Shown piece after piece: positions 33,123 through 42,743 of a stretch of DNA of 64,000 bases. Source of the DNA: Candidatus Poribacteria bacterium (lineage in GTDB: Bacteria > Poribacteria > WGA-4E > WGA-3G); the NCBI GenBank assembly GCA_965214095.1, contig OZ243938.1:2624001-2688000 (forward strand), read 5' to 3'. A model generated the notes under the pieces. It did no database searches and had not been told where the DNA came from. It saw only the letters and a program-made list of their open reading frames with translations. Within the stretch, counting starts at the first letter, position 1; each line of letters opens with the position of its first letter. The position numbers and the translations under genes are program-made.

Positions 33123-33932
33123 TTAATAACGTGCTTTCAGATGTCCCCAGATTGTTGGGAGTTTGTTAGCGGGTTCAACCGCAAGTGCTTGCGCGGTTAG
33201 GAGTTTGGCATCGCCAATAGCTGAATGATCGCAACCATTTCCATCTCCACCATCCCCCATAACTATTGTGAGTTCTTTTGCATTAGAGGGAATGTCAAAT
33301 TCAACCTTAACAGCATCAACATTTTCTCCACCATCTGTGCCTTTGAGCGTTTCAGATTTGAATTCTTGTTTCCCATCAACAGAAAATATGAAATCACCGC
33401 TTCCGCCATGACCACAATCACCAGGGTCTTTTTCATCGGACATGCCGACATACGCTTCAAATTTGAGGTATTTGTCACCAGTTAAGTCATAAACTAATGT
33501 ACCTACAGCATGTGCCCCGATACCACGTTCAAAGTAAGTGCCACCGATGACGATATGGTTTCGGGTTGCAGCACCTTCACCGATGGTGGCATTGTCAAAG
33601 TTAAGTGGACCACCCCAACCTGTCCATTGACCTGCATCATTCATGGGAATAAGTCCACAGGCATTCGGTTGGGGTTGGCTGCCACCAATCACAGCAAGAT
33701 ACACGACACCTTTACGATCATCTTCTTCCACGACTTCATCATAATCGTTCTGTGTGCCAGCAACTTCTTCACCAACTTCCTGAATTGGTTTGGCACCATC
33801 ACCATCAATGTTTGTGCAGTCTTCTTTGGCAGCATTCACGGTGAAAGCAATGCCTATTAATAGTATCATCATAATGAAAGCAAAACACTTAATGTCTCCA
33901 TTAGATGTTCTTAACATATTAACTATTTTCAT
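33123..33932 (-). CDS. Secreted NPCBM/NEW2-domain protein with C-terminal TxWG tail (paralogue 1)
   Basis: AGGAGG RBS; signal peptide; same motifs as 32206..32985; ends AVEPANKLPTIWGHLKARY. Confidence 0.85.
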   Translation of the reverse strand: MKIVNMLRTSNGDIKCFAFIMMILLIGIAFTVNAAKEDCTNIDGDGAKPIQEVGEEVAGTQNDYDEVVEEDDRKGVVYLAVIGGSQPQPNACGLIPMNDAGQWTGWGGPLNFDNATIGEGAATRNHIVIGGTYFERGIGAHAVGTLVYDLTGDKYLKFEAYVGMSDEKDPGDCGHGGSGDFIFSVDGKQEFKSETLKGTDGGENVDAVKVEFDIPSNAKELTIVMGDGGDGNGCDHSAIGDAKLLTAQALAVEPANKLPTIWGHLKARY

Positions 33933-33971
33933 AGATTAACCTCCTATAAAACTACAATTGTGTCAAACAAT

Positions 33972-34400
33972 TTAACGGGGTGAATATAGTTCTTCTTGGG
34001 AAAACAGTATAGCTAATTCATTCATAGCATTCTCAGCACAATCGGATGCATGTACGAGATTATAGGTGATGTCAGTTGAGAAATCACCGCGAATACTTCC
34101 CGGCGCGGATTCTAACGGATCGGTTGCACCGTTAATGAGACGTGTTATTTTAATCGCATTCTTACCCTCAATAGCGATGGCAACAATCGGTTTGTCGGTC
34201 ATAAATTCAATAAGCTTGTCATAAAATGGTTGTCCTTTATGAATGGCGTATAATTCCTCTGCAGTAACACGGTCCATCTGCAGCAATTTCAAACCAACTA
34301 TCTTTAGACCTTTTCCTTCATAACGGGAAATAATCTCCCCGATTAGTCCGCGTTGAACACCATCTGGTTTCACCAGAATCAGTGTTTTTTCTATTTCCAT
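33972..34400 (-). CDS. ndk: Nucleoside-diphosphate kinase
   Basis: TLILVKPDGVQRGLIGEII, PGSIRGDF, NLVHASD (catalytic His). Confidence 0.97.
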   Translation of the reverse strand: MEIEKTLILVKPDGVQRGLIGEIISRYEGKGLKIVGLKLLQMDRVTAEELYAIHKGQPFYDKLIEFMTDKPIVAIAIEGKNAIKITRLINGATDPLESAPGSIRGDFSTDITYNLVHASDCAENAMNELAILFSQEELYSPR

Positions 34401-34584
34401 ATCAACTCCGTTTTACTGTTAAAAATCAAATATTTAATACAGATTTCCTATTTCAAATCTGATAATTTAGTATATTGATTTTGTAATTTTTTGTCAACTT
34501 TTAAATCATCCTAACCATTTTATACTTGTCTTACCGTTGACGTTGTGCTAAATTATATTAAACTCGTTGATACAGGAAAACCGC

Positions 34585-34971
34585 ATGGAAAAGCAGCTGC
34601 CACCTATAACAGATCCATCTCAAGTTTTAGCAGAGATATTGACTACAGAAAAACCTTGGGGACGTTTTATTCAGTATGTTCTTAACCAACCGGTGACTGT
34701 AAAGATTTTAGAAATCCATGCGGGGGAACAGGTAAGTTATCAGTATCATCACCATCGGAGTGAACTATGGATCCCACTTGACGAAGGTGCTTGCGTTCGG
34801 CTTGAAGATGATGTGATACATCCAAAACCGATGGAACCGGTCTTTATTCCGCAAGGTGCGAAACATCAACTTATTGGCGAATCTCAAGATTATCGGATAC
34901 TTGAGATCGCTTTCGGAAACTTTGACGAGGACGACATTGTCAGACTTGACGATAAATATGGAAGGGCATAA
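34585..34971 (+). CDS. Cupin protein, phosphomannose isomerase type II C-terminal-like
   Basis: KPWG, SYQYHHHRSELW, ILEIAFG.FDEDDIVRLDDKYGR. Confidence 0.88.
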   Translation: MEKQLPPITDPSQVLAEILTTEKPWGRFIQYVLNQPVTVKILEIHAGEQVSYQYHHHRSELWIPLDEGACVRLEDDVIHPKPMEPVFIPQGAKHQLIGESQDYRILEIAFGNFDEDDIVRLDDKYGRA

Positions 34972-35047
34972 AAGAAAGATGTGATAATTGGATTAAACTT
35001 AGATTTCAATGGCCTCGGAAATGTTAACCTGAATTAAGGAGACAATC

Positions 35048-35830
35048 ATGTATTGCCTAAAATATATACGGATTTGGATATGTGTTGCTCTATTGTTGCA
35101 TAGTTCTGTTATGTTAGGATTTGGACAAGGGGAGAAAGCCGGAACGCTTGTAGGTCATTGGACATTTGAGAAAGGTGTTGAATTGGAAGATTTGACAGGT
35201 AATTTTGTTGATGTTACGCTTATGGGGGCTGAAATAGCGGATGGGAAATTGAATGTTGATCCCGGCAAATGGGCAATCGCGAGTGGTTATGATGGACCGG
35301 ATATTGAAGAAAAAACGCTGGTGTCGTGGGTGATTATGGACGATCTTGATGTTCAGGAAGGTTCGATATTAACCATTGATCGCCTTTCCGATCCTACGTT
35401 TGATGCAATCGTTTTTGGGGAACGCCAACATCATCGTTGGATGGCAGGGAGTGGGTGGTTTCATCGCACTATGGATCCTGATCCCGGTTTTGAGGAAAAG
35501 AAAACTGGTGAGTTGATTATGATGGCGATCTCGTATGAAAATGATAACGACATTGCAAGAGTGAGAATATACCGCAATGGAGATAAAATCGGTGATTACA
35601 CACATGGACAATTCGTGACTTTTGCTAATAACGATGCAGAAGCAATTTGGGGTAAACGTCACGGTGGTGTAGGTGGAGGCCCGGGAGACCTTGATGTACA
35701 CATTGAAGATTCGCGTATCTATGCTGCTGTTCTCAACCAAGCAGAAATAAGAAAGTTAATTCCGGATACGCTGACTGTGGAAGCACAAGGTAAACTCGCT
35801 ACTACATGGGCAAGAATAAAGATAAGATAG
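35048..35830 (+). CDS. Secreted LamG/concanavalin-like protein with C-terminal TTW tail
   Basis: AAGGAG RBS; signal peptide; LVGHWTFE...IYRNG...IEDSRIYAAVLNQAEI; ends TVEAQGKLATTWARIKIR. Confidence 0.82.
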   Translation: MYCLKYIRIWICVALLLHSSVMLGFGQGEKAGTLVGHWTFEKGVELEDLTGNFVDVTLMGAEIADGKLNVDPGKWAIASGYDGPDIEEKTLVSWVIMDDLDVQEGSILTIDRLSDPTFDAIVFGERQHHRWMAGSGWFHRTMDPDPGFEEKKTGELIMMAISYENDNDIARVRIYRNGDKIGDYTHGQFVTFANNDAEAIWGKRHGGVGGGPGDLDVHIEDSRIYAAVLNQAEIRKLIPDTLTVEAQGKLATTWARIKIR

Positions 35831-35909
35831 ATATTTGTTGGCAGGATTTCCACGAAGTATATACACTAAAAAGTAAATGGCTTCTTGGAGGTTATAAAGG
35901 ACAAATTTA

Positions 35910-37343
35910 ATGAATCCGAGTGTAAAACAGGTAGAGTTGGGAAACGATTCAGGTATCAGACTCAAAATGCTTGTGTGTACGGAAACTGATGCGCAAGATG
36001 CAGAGGAAATTGTTGATAAGCGTTTAGAGAAGATACAGGGACTGTTCAAAGAAGAGGTAGATGCGCCGTTATCGGTTTTAGAACAACATTCGCGTGCGTG
36101 GACCCGCAGCCATCAGCAAACCGAACACATTCAGCAAGTGCTTGATTTGTCAACAAAAGCGAGAGACGATTTTTCTGTTCTTGTGACCGTCGGAATAGGT
36201 GGATCTGATCTGAGTGCACGTGTGTTTCACGAAATAGCGAATCATCCGTATCACAATCTTCTGTCAAAATCGGAACGGGGTGGTGCACCTGAAGTCTACT
36301 TTACTGGCGATACATTTGACCCACTTCGGCTCAAGGCATTGCTTGATATGTTAAAATCACGCGACCTGTTACACAAAACGCTTTTCAATGTGATTAGCAA
36401 ATCCGGGAAAACAGGTGAAACACTCGCGACTTTAATGATTATTCAGGACACGCTCCAGCAGGAATTCGGTGAATGGCGGAAACAGGTTCTTGCGACTACA
36501 GGTTTAACAGACAATAGCCTTTTATATCAATTTCACCGAGAAACACCATTTTATGACATTCTTCCAGTTCCAGATGGCGTAGGAGGTCGCTTCTCCGCTT
36601 TTTCTCCAGTCGGTTTATTCTCTTTAGCGATGACTGCCGGTCTCGGTGAAAACCCGGAGGACAGAATACACGATGCGATTGAAGGTGTAGAAAATGCTAA
36701 TAAGAACTTCCAACTGCCTTATGCACATCACAAAAACACTGCATACCATTTAGCACTATGGCTTGACTCTGTTGAGAAATATTACAGGGCAGGTAGTATT
36801 GTTTTCTACAACTATGCAGACAACAGTCGTCTCGGTGAGTGGTTTGTTCAACTCTATACTGAGTCCATTCAGGAACGTGGATCTGGGTGTAATGTGATTG
36901 CTGCCAAAGGTCCTACGAGTAATCATTCTATTCTCAATGGAATTCTTGCTGGACCAAGAGATAAAGCAGTTTTATTTCTTCATTGGGAGGATCTTGGTGT
37001 AGATTTAACTATTCCGAGTACTAAGGAAGGCAGTGGGTTAGATGCGTTCGAAGGACTTTCAATGAACGATAGCCAGACCGCTTCTTATCGTGGTACAGAA
37101 ACGGATTTCACTGATAATGATATTCCAAATGTCACATTAACTTTGCCTAAAAGAGATATCGGTAACCTGTGTCTATTGATGCGAACTCTTATGGATACGG
37201 TTGCAGTTAAAGGTAGATTACAAGAACTTCATCTTTCTGACGGTGTTCCGATACTTGCAGATGAGTTGACCTACCACCAGTCAGCTGTTGAGGGATATAA
37301 AAAGCGTACCGAAGAAATTGCGCGTGAAATGAAAAGGGCATAA
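35910..37343 (+). CDS. pgi: Glucose-6-phosphate isomerase (divergent)
   Basis: VGIGGSDL, VISKSGKTGET, VGGRFSAFS, QLYTES, HQSAVEGYK. Confidence 0.82.
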   Translation: MNPSVKQVELGNDSGIRLKMLVCTETDAQDAEEIVDKRLEKIQGLFKEEVDAPLSVLEQHSRAWTRSHQQTEHIQQVLDLSTKARDDFSVLVTVGIGGSDLSARVFHEIANHPYHNLLSKSERGGAPEVYFTGDTFDPLRLKALLDMLKSRDLLHKTLFNVISKSGKTGETLATLMIIQDTLQQEFGEWRKQVLATTGLTDNSLLYQFHRETPFYDILPVPDGVGGRFSAFSPVGLFSLAMTAGLGENPEDRIHDAIEGVENANKNFQLPYAHHKNTAYHLALWLDSVEKYYRAGSIVFYNYADNSRLGEWFVQLYTESIQERGSGCNVIAAKGPTSNHSILNGILAGPRDKAVLFLHWEDLGVDLTIPSTKEGSGLDAFEGLSMNDSQTASYRGTETDFTDNDIPNVTLTLPKRDIGNLCLLMRTLMDTVAVKGRLQELHLSDGVPILADELTYHQSAVEGYKKRTEEIAREMKRA

Positions 37344-37364
37344 CATCCCTATGTTATTTCGTGT

Positions 37365-39305
37365 TTGTCAAAGCAAATTCATTGCAGTTCCACGGGATCT
37401 GTACCTATGCAATATGCTCAAAAAATAATTAACAAATTGTCTTCAATACGACTGCAAAACAAGATTTTTTTCACCTATAGTCTTGTTTTTCTTCTTATGT
37501 TCGCTGTTATTTTTGCGATTGCGAGTCTGTTGATTGACAACACTTTTAGTGAACAACTGGACAAAGATGTGTTTGAATTAGAATCTAATATTTCTGACCG
37601 CTATACGTTGTTTGTTGAAGAGATTAGAAACGAAGTCCAAACAACTGGTGAAGATCGGAATGTGCGCGAGGCAGTCCGAAGGGCGGAAAGGGGAGGCAGT
37701 CGAGACATTCCACCAACTAATTTTGATGTTTTTGAATGCGGTAATACTGAAGGTATATTAGTCTTGAGTAATGCTTTTGATGAACACCGTATCGGACAAA
37801 AAGTCTTTGAAGGAACCAATGTGGAAACAGACCCTACATTCAAGAAAGGGAAAGGTACGATACAGGAACGAATCATTTCTGCGGGTGATGATCCACAGCT
37901 TGCGGTTGAGGTTACACAGCAGTTTGAATGGGGTTTTGTCACTGGTGGAAGGTCGCTTCAAAAATGGTTAAGAGGTGAATTACTGAGCCAACCTTCTGAA
38001 CATCCAATTTTTCTTGTAAAAAGAAAAAATGAACAGGAGGAGTGGATCCCTTTAAATAGTATCGCATACCGAACGTCAGATCTGAAAATTGGATGGGAAC
38101 AACAGAAGCAGAAGTATGTAGATGAAGGAAAATCTGTTGAGAAGTTGGTCGTTGGCTTAAGGGATCATCAAAGTACAGATGGTTCAGATGCATCAGACGA
38201 AGGTCGACGTACGCCTACTTTTACAGTTATTCGAGCGGACATCCTGAGTTCACCTTTTTCGGATCCACAAAAATTGCCTTTTGTAGAATTAATCATTGCC
38301 TATTCGCATCAGTATCGTATTCGTTGGCAAGATCAAATGCGAGTAATTTTGTTGTGGAGTATCGGTGGTGGGGCAGTGTTAGTCTACTGCAGTAGTTACC
38401 TTGTAAGTCGCCGCATCACACGGCCTATCGCACAACTTCAGCAGGGGGTGAACGAGATTGGTGTAGGTAATCTTACGTATCAAATTGCCGTTCAATCCAA
38501 AGGGGAAGTCGGAGAACTGGCAAATGAATTTAATCAGATGGCACTGACTTTGAAGCGGAGTCTGGAGGAGCATAAGGAGGCAGAAAGAATTGCTGTTTGG
38601 CGTGATGTCGCAAGGCAGCTTGCACATGAAGTGAAAAACCCTTTATTTCCAATTCGGCTTTCTGTTGAAAACTTACAAACTGCAAAAGATCAACCTGCAA
38701 TCTTTGATAAGATATTTAATGAGTGCACGGAGACAATTATTGAAGAAGTTGACCGTATCCGTGAACTAATAGACGAGTTCCACCAATATGCCAGACTTCC
38801 TAATCCTGACCGCCACCCGGTTAATTTGAACGATATTGTTGAATCTGTATTAAAATTGTATATGGATTTGTCTCAAACCCAAAACGTTGCCGTTGAAAAA
38901 CAGTTGAGTCCGCTTCCCGACCTATCTTTAGATCGTGAACAGATGGAGCGCGCAACCGGAAATATCGTCAAGAATGCGATTGAGGCAATGCCAGAAGGTG
39001 GGACCCTTACACTTAAAACTATTACTGCACCATCTGAAAAAGGCAGAAACTTCGCGCTTGAAGTTCAAGATACTGGACACGGAATGTCAGAAGAGACACA
39101 ACAGAAACTTTTTACACCAGACTATACAACAAAACCTTATGGAACCGGGATCGGCATGGCAATTGTCCGCAGAATTATTACTGTACACGGTGGAGATATA
39201 GCGGTAGAATCGGAAGAGAAGGTCGGCACAACAATACGGATTACCTTTAACGAGGACACATATCTTACCGATACAACACCTGTCATTCATAAATTGAACC
39301 CATAA
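37365..39305 (+). CDS. Membrane sensor histidine kinase, NtrY-like (HAMP-HisKA-HATPase)
   Basis: Two TM helices, HAMP, WRDVARQLAHEVKNPL, N box, DTGHGM, GTGIGM; start may be ATG 37407. Confidence 0.93.
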   Translation: MSKQIHCSSTGSVPMQYAQKIINKLSSIRLQNKIFFTYSLVFLLMFAVIFAIASLLIDNTFSEQLDKDVFELESNISDRYTLFVEEIRNEVQTTGEDRNVREAVRRAERGGSRDIPPTNFDVFECGNTEGILVLSNAFDEHRIGQKVFEGTNVETDPTFKKGKGTIQERIISAGDDPQLAVEVTQQFEWGFVTGGRSLQKWLRGELLSQPSEHPIFLVKRKNEQEEWIPLNSIAYRTSDLKIGWEQQKQKYVDEGKSVEKLVVGLRDHQSTDGSDASDEGRRTPTFTVIRADILSSPFSDPQKLPFVELIIAYSHQYRIRWQDQMRVILLWSIGGGAVLVYCSSYLVSRRITRPIAQLQQGVNEIGVGNLTYQIAVQSKGEVGELANEFNQMALTLKRSLEEHKEAERIAVWRDVARQLAHEVKNPLFPIRLSVENLQTAKDQPAIFDKIFNECTETIIEEVDRIRELIDEFHQYARLPNPDRHPVNLNDIVESVLKLYMDLSQTQNVAVEKQLSPLPDLSLDREQMERATGNIVKNAIEAMPEGGTLTLKTITAPSEKGRNFALEVQDTGHGMSEETQQKLFTPDYTTKPYGTGIGMAIVRRIITVHGGDIAVESEEKVGTTIRITFNEDTYLTDTTPVIHKLNP

Positions 39306-39381
39306 AATAGAACACGAAATTGTTTTCAAACTTTGCTAACAGATAAGTTATAACCTATTATCAATTTAGAGACGAAGAAAC

Positions 39382-40764
39382 ATGAATACTATCCTTATTG
39401 TAGATGACGAAAAGAACATATTGAAAATGCTCTCACAAGGGTTAAGTCTGAAAGGTTATAATACCCTAACTGCAGCCAGTGGTGAAAAAGCGTTACAACT
39501 TTGTGCGACTAAGGACGTTGATCTCGTTTTGTTGGATATCATGATGGAAAACGGGATGGACGGCGTTCAGACGTTAGCGAAATTGCTTGAACAGGACCCC
39601 AATCTCAATGTCGTTATGATGTCGGCACAGCAAGATATTGAGATAGCCGTTAAAACGATGGAGCTTGGCGCGAGACGTTACGTTACAAAACCGGTGAGTA
39701 TGGAGAAAATCTTATTCAATATTGAGCCGTTATTAGAACTCTCGCGATTAGCAAAAGAAAATGAAATACTCAAATCACAAATTCCCGCTGAAGATGAAAT
39801 GGTCGGTGAAAGTGCTGTTATTAGAAAACTCCAAGTGGAGATTAAACAAGTTGCAGCGAGCAATCTTGGGGTTCTTATCTCTGGGGAAAACGGCACTGGC
39901 AAACAACTTGTGGCAAATGCAATCCATCAATATAGCAACCGTTCTGATAAGCCTTTTATTCCATTAAACTGTGCGGCATTGCCTGAAGAACTTGTTGAAA
40001 GCGAACTTTTCGGTCACGAACGCGGTGCTTTTACAGGGGCAGATTCTATGCGACAAGGACGTTTTGAACTTGCTGATGGTGGCACGCTTTTCCTTGATGA
40101 AATCGGTGATATGAGTTTAAAAGCACAGGCAAAAGTGCTACGCGTGCTTGAATATGGAGAGGTGGAACGGCTTGGAAGTCAACAAATTCGTAATGTTGAT
40201 GTCCGAATCATCGCCGCGACCAACAAAGATCTCGCTAAGGAAATTGAACGGGGGCAATTCCGAACTGATCTTTATTACCGTCTGAAGATCGTCCCTATTG
40301 ATGTGCCACCACTCCGTGAACGGTTAGAGGACATTCCAATATTGGTAAAATACTTTGCGGAACGGTTGCAGAAGAACATGGCTTCTGCACCGAAAATCTT
40401 TGCTTCAGAAACTGATGCCGTTTTTCAATCTTACAACTGGCCCGGGAACATTCGTGAACTCAAAAACCTCGTTGAACGACTGCTAATTATGGTCAATAAA
40501 GAAATCATACTACCGAACGATGTTGCAGCGGTCTTACCAATAGGCGGGGACCAAATACAGTTATTGGACGCAGCGATTACCTATCAATCAAATACACCTT
40601 TGAGCACTATGGTCGATACTGCTGAATCGGAGTGTATCCTTGCCGCATTAAAAGAAAATGAATGGAACATACGGAGAACTGCCGAGGTCTTGGAAGTTGA
40701 AAGAAGCAATCTATATAAAAAAATGAGCAAATATAATATCGTCCGTCCAGATGCTGATAACTAA
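39382..40764 (+). CDS. Sigma-54-dependent response regulator, NtrX/NtrC family
   Basis: Receiver (ILIVDDE, LLDIMM), [37 protein letters not shown], Fis HTH. Confidence 0.95.
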   Translation: MNTILIVDDEKNILKMLSQGLSLKGYNTLTAASGEKALQLCATKDVDLVLLDIMMENGMDGVQTLAKLLEQDPNLNVVMMSAQQDIEIAVKTMELGARRYVTKPVSMEKILFNIEPLLELSRLAKENEILKSQIPAEDEMVGESAVIRKLQVEIKQVAASNLGVLISGENGTGKQLVANAIHQYSNRSDKPFIPLNCAALPEELVESELFGHERGAFTGADSMRQGRFELADGGTLFLDEIGDMSLKAQAKVLRVLEYGEVERLGSQQIRNVDVRIIAATNKDLAKEIERGQFRTDLYYRLKIVPIDVPPLRERLEDIPILVKYFAERLQKNMASAPKIFASETDAVFQSYNWPGNIRELKNLVERLLIMVNKEIILPNDVAAVLPIGGDQIQLLDAAITYQSNTPLSTMVDTAESECILAALKENEWNIRRTAEVLEVERSNLYKKMSKYNIVRPDADN

Positions 40765-40788
40765 CTGCTGAAAACCGAAAGCCGCAAA
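40754..40788 (+). repeat. CTGAnnn heptamer tandem array (5 degenerate units)
   Basis: ctgataa ctaactg ctgaaaa ccgaaag ccgcaaa; contains the regulator stop codon and ends 2 nt before the pseudopilin ATG. Confidence 0.6.
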
Positions 40789-40790
40789 AT

Positions 40791-41210
40791 ATGAACAGAA
40801 ACAGCGGAATGACCCGCATTCAACTGATAATCTTAATCGCACTTGTAATAGTCATTGGCGGGCTTTCGTATCCACCTTGGGCAGAATATCGTAAAGTTAG
40901 TCAAGCAGATATAGACGTTGAAATCCTTGCTACAGCGATCAAGAAATACTACAGACACACACAGACCTATCCAGAGCAGTTAGAACAACTTGTTACCGAT
41001 CCTGGTGTGGATGGATGGCGTGGTACCTATCTGGAATCCGTTCCGAAAACACCTTGGGGTGGGAACTATGTGTTAATCCAAGAGAACTATAAGGTCGGAA
41101 TAGCGAAAGTTCATCCGCGTGTGCCAACAAAGTATCGGATAGGTGGGATTGCTGAAATCAGCAAGGTGTATCATTATGATGCTATGCAAGGCGAAAAATA
41201 TTGGTGGTAA
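40791..41210 (+). CDS. Type II secretion GspG-like pseudopilin
   Basis: Class III signal G|MTRIQLIILIALVIVIGG; YP..LEQLVTDPG..GWRGTYLESVPKTPWG; adjacent to pilD. Confidence 0.8.
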   Translation: MNRNSGMTRIQLIILIALVIVIGGLSYPPWAEYRKVSQADIDVEILATAIKKYYRHTQTYPEQLEQLVTDPGVDGWRGTYLESVPKTPWGGNYVLIQENYKVGIAKVHPRVPTKYRIGGIAEISKVYHYDAMQGEKYWW

Positions 41211-41213
41211 TCT

Positions 41214-42020
41214 GTGGATGATATCTGGATACCTATCTTCATTTTCATCATAGGTTTAGCAATTGGCAGTTTCCTCAATGTTTGTATTTACCGCATTCCT
41301 CGCTCAGATATGTCAATCTATTCCCCACGTAGATCTTTCTGTCCAGAATGCCATCAATCCATCAAGTTTTACGACAATATACCGCTATTGAGTTATCTGT
41401 TGTTACGCGGAAAATGTCGGCATTGCAAAGCAAAAATATCTGTCCAATATCCGACTGTTGAGTTCGTTACAGCAGCACTCTATCTCGTGATATATTACCA
41501 ATTCGGCATGTCACTTTATTTATTGCTGCATGCGATCTTTTTTGTGTCTGTGCTGATACCGATTGCCTTTATTGACGCACATCACCTTATCATTCCGAAT
41601 GTCCTAAGCCTCATGGGACTCGGACTTGGGTTGGGAATAGTGTGCGTGATTGCATATCAGAATAAAGATTTAGATTATCTGAAGATGCAACTCATCGGAT
41701 TTGTTGCAGGTGGATTGGTGATATGGTTAATTGGGTTTATCGGCAGTGCAATAATGCGGAAAGAAGCGATGGGTATGGGTGATGTCAAGTTGATGGCGAT
41801 TATCGGATTGTATCTCGGTGCGTTCCCTGAGTTGCCTATGGTGATAGCATTGTCTGCCTTCAGTGGTGCAATCATCGGGACACTGCTGATAGCCACTGGC
41901 AAGAAAGATAGGAAGAGTCCCATACCTTATGGTCCATTTATTGCTATTGCTGCTGTGGTCGTGCTGTTATGGGGAGACCCACTTTGGGAGAAATATCTGC
42001 AGCTGGCGGGGTGGAATTGA
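41214..42020 (+). CDS. pilD: Prepilin peptidase (A24)
   Basis: GSFLNVCIYRIP, CPEC and CRHC, AFIDA, GMGDVKL, IPYGPFI. Confidence 0.95.
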   Translation: MDDIWIPIFIFIIGLAIGSFLNVCIYRIPRSDMSIYSPRRSFCPECHQSIKFYDNIPLLSYLLLRGKCRHCKAKISVQYPTVEFVTAALYLVIYYQFGMSLYLLLHAIFFVSVLIPIAFIDAHHLIIPNVLSLMGLGLGLGIVCVIAYQNKDLDYLKMQLIGFVAGGLVIWLIGFIGSAIMRKEAMGMGDVKLMAIIGLYLGAFPELPMVIALSAFSGAIIGTLLIATGKKDRKSPIPYGPFIAIAAVVVLLWGDPLWEKYLQLAGWN

Positions 42021-42074
42021 CAATGTGTTGTATTTATATAGAGTGTTGTAGTAGAATATTATGTAAATATCTAA

Positions 42075-42422
42075 GAGGTTATACAAATTAATTCTATGCC
42101 TGACCACATTCATATCCTTATAAGTATGACCCCAGATTTTTCTCTTTCTGATTTAGTCAGAGATATTAAGGTGAGTTCAACAAAATTTATTAACAAAAAA
42201 CGTTGGGTAGTAGGTCAGTTCAAATGGCAGGAAGGATTCAGTGCATTTACCTATTCACATTCGCAGTTAGGAGATGTCGCAAGGTACATTCAAAACCAAG
42301 AAAAACATCATTCTCATAGAACATTCAGAGAGGAATATCTTGAGTTATTAAAACGTTTTGATATTGCTTACGATGAGAAATATGTTTTTGAGTGTGTTGA
42401 TGAGGATGTTCCAGAAACATAA
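42075..42422 (+). pseudogene. 5'-truncated IS200/IS605-family (Y1 HUH) transposase TnpA / RAYT-like
   Basis: MPDHIHILI (HUH), WQEGFSAF, YIQNQEKHH (catalytic Tyr). Frame is closed by TAA at 42072-42074, so the usual roughly 50-aa N-terminal segment is absent. Confidence 0.82.
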
Positions 42423-42456
42423 TATTCTGTTAGTATGGAGGCAGTAAGTAGACATC

Positions 42457-42528
42457 AACATACCGCTCCGCTGGAGCGGAAGATAGTACATAACATTGTT
42501 CTATAAACATATCGCTCTGCTGGAGCGA
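42457..42528. repeat. Two direct copies of a GC hairpin at the TnpA 3' end
   Basis: aacataccgctccgctggagcgg and aacatatcgctctgctggagcga; candidate transposase-recognition hairpins. Confidence 0.75.
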
Positions 42529-42584
42529 CTAAATATCTCTTATGCTATATGTAAAGTATCTAGTGGAGTGTCCATTCGGACATT

Positions 42585-42668
42585 GTAGGTCGGGTAGAGG
42601 CACGACGCCCGACTTTATTGATGATAAAAATGGCTGCATGTCGGGTTTCGTGTCTCTACCCGACCTAC
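42585..42668. repeat. Inverted pair of GTAG-REPs (BIME/REPIN-like)
   Basis: gtaggtcgggtagaggcacgacgcccgac ... gtcgggtttcgtgtctctacccgacctac; related to 49313-49392. Confidence 0.85.
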
Positions 42669-42743
42669 AAGATTAGTGTAGATAGAACACTAGTACCTTG
42701 CAACTAACTATCTAATAAACTATAATCTGATAAGGAGGGATTT

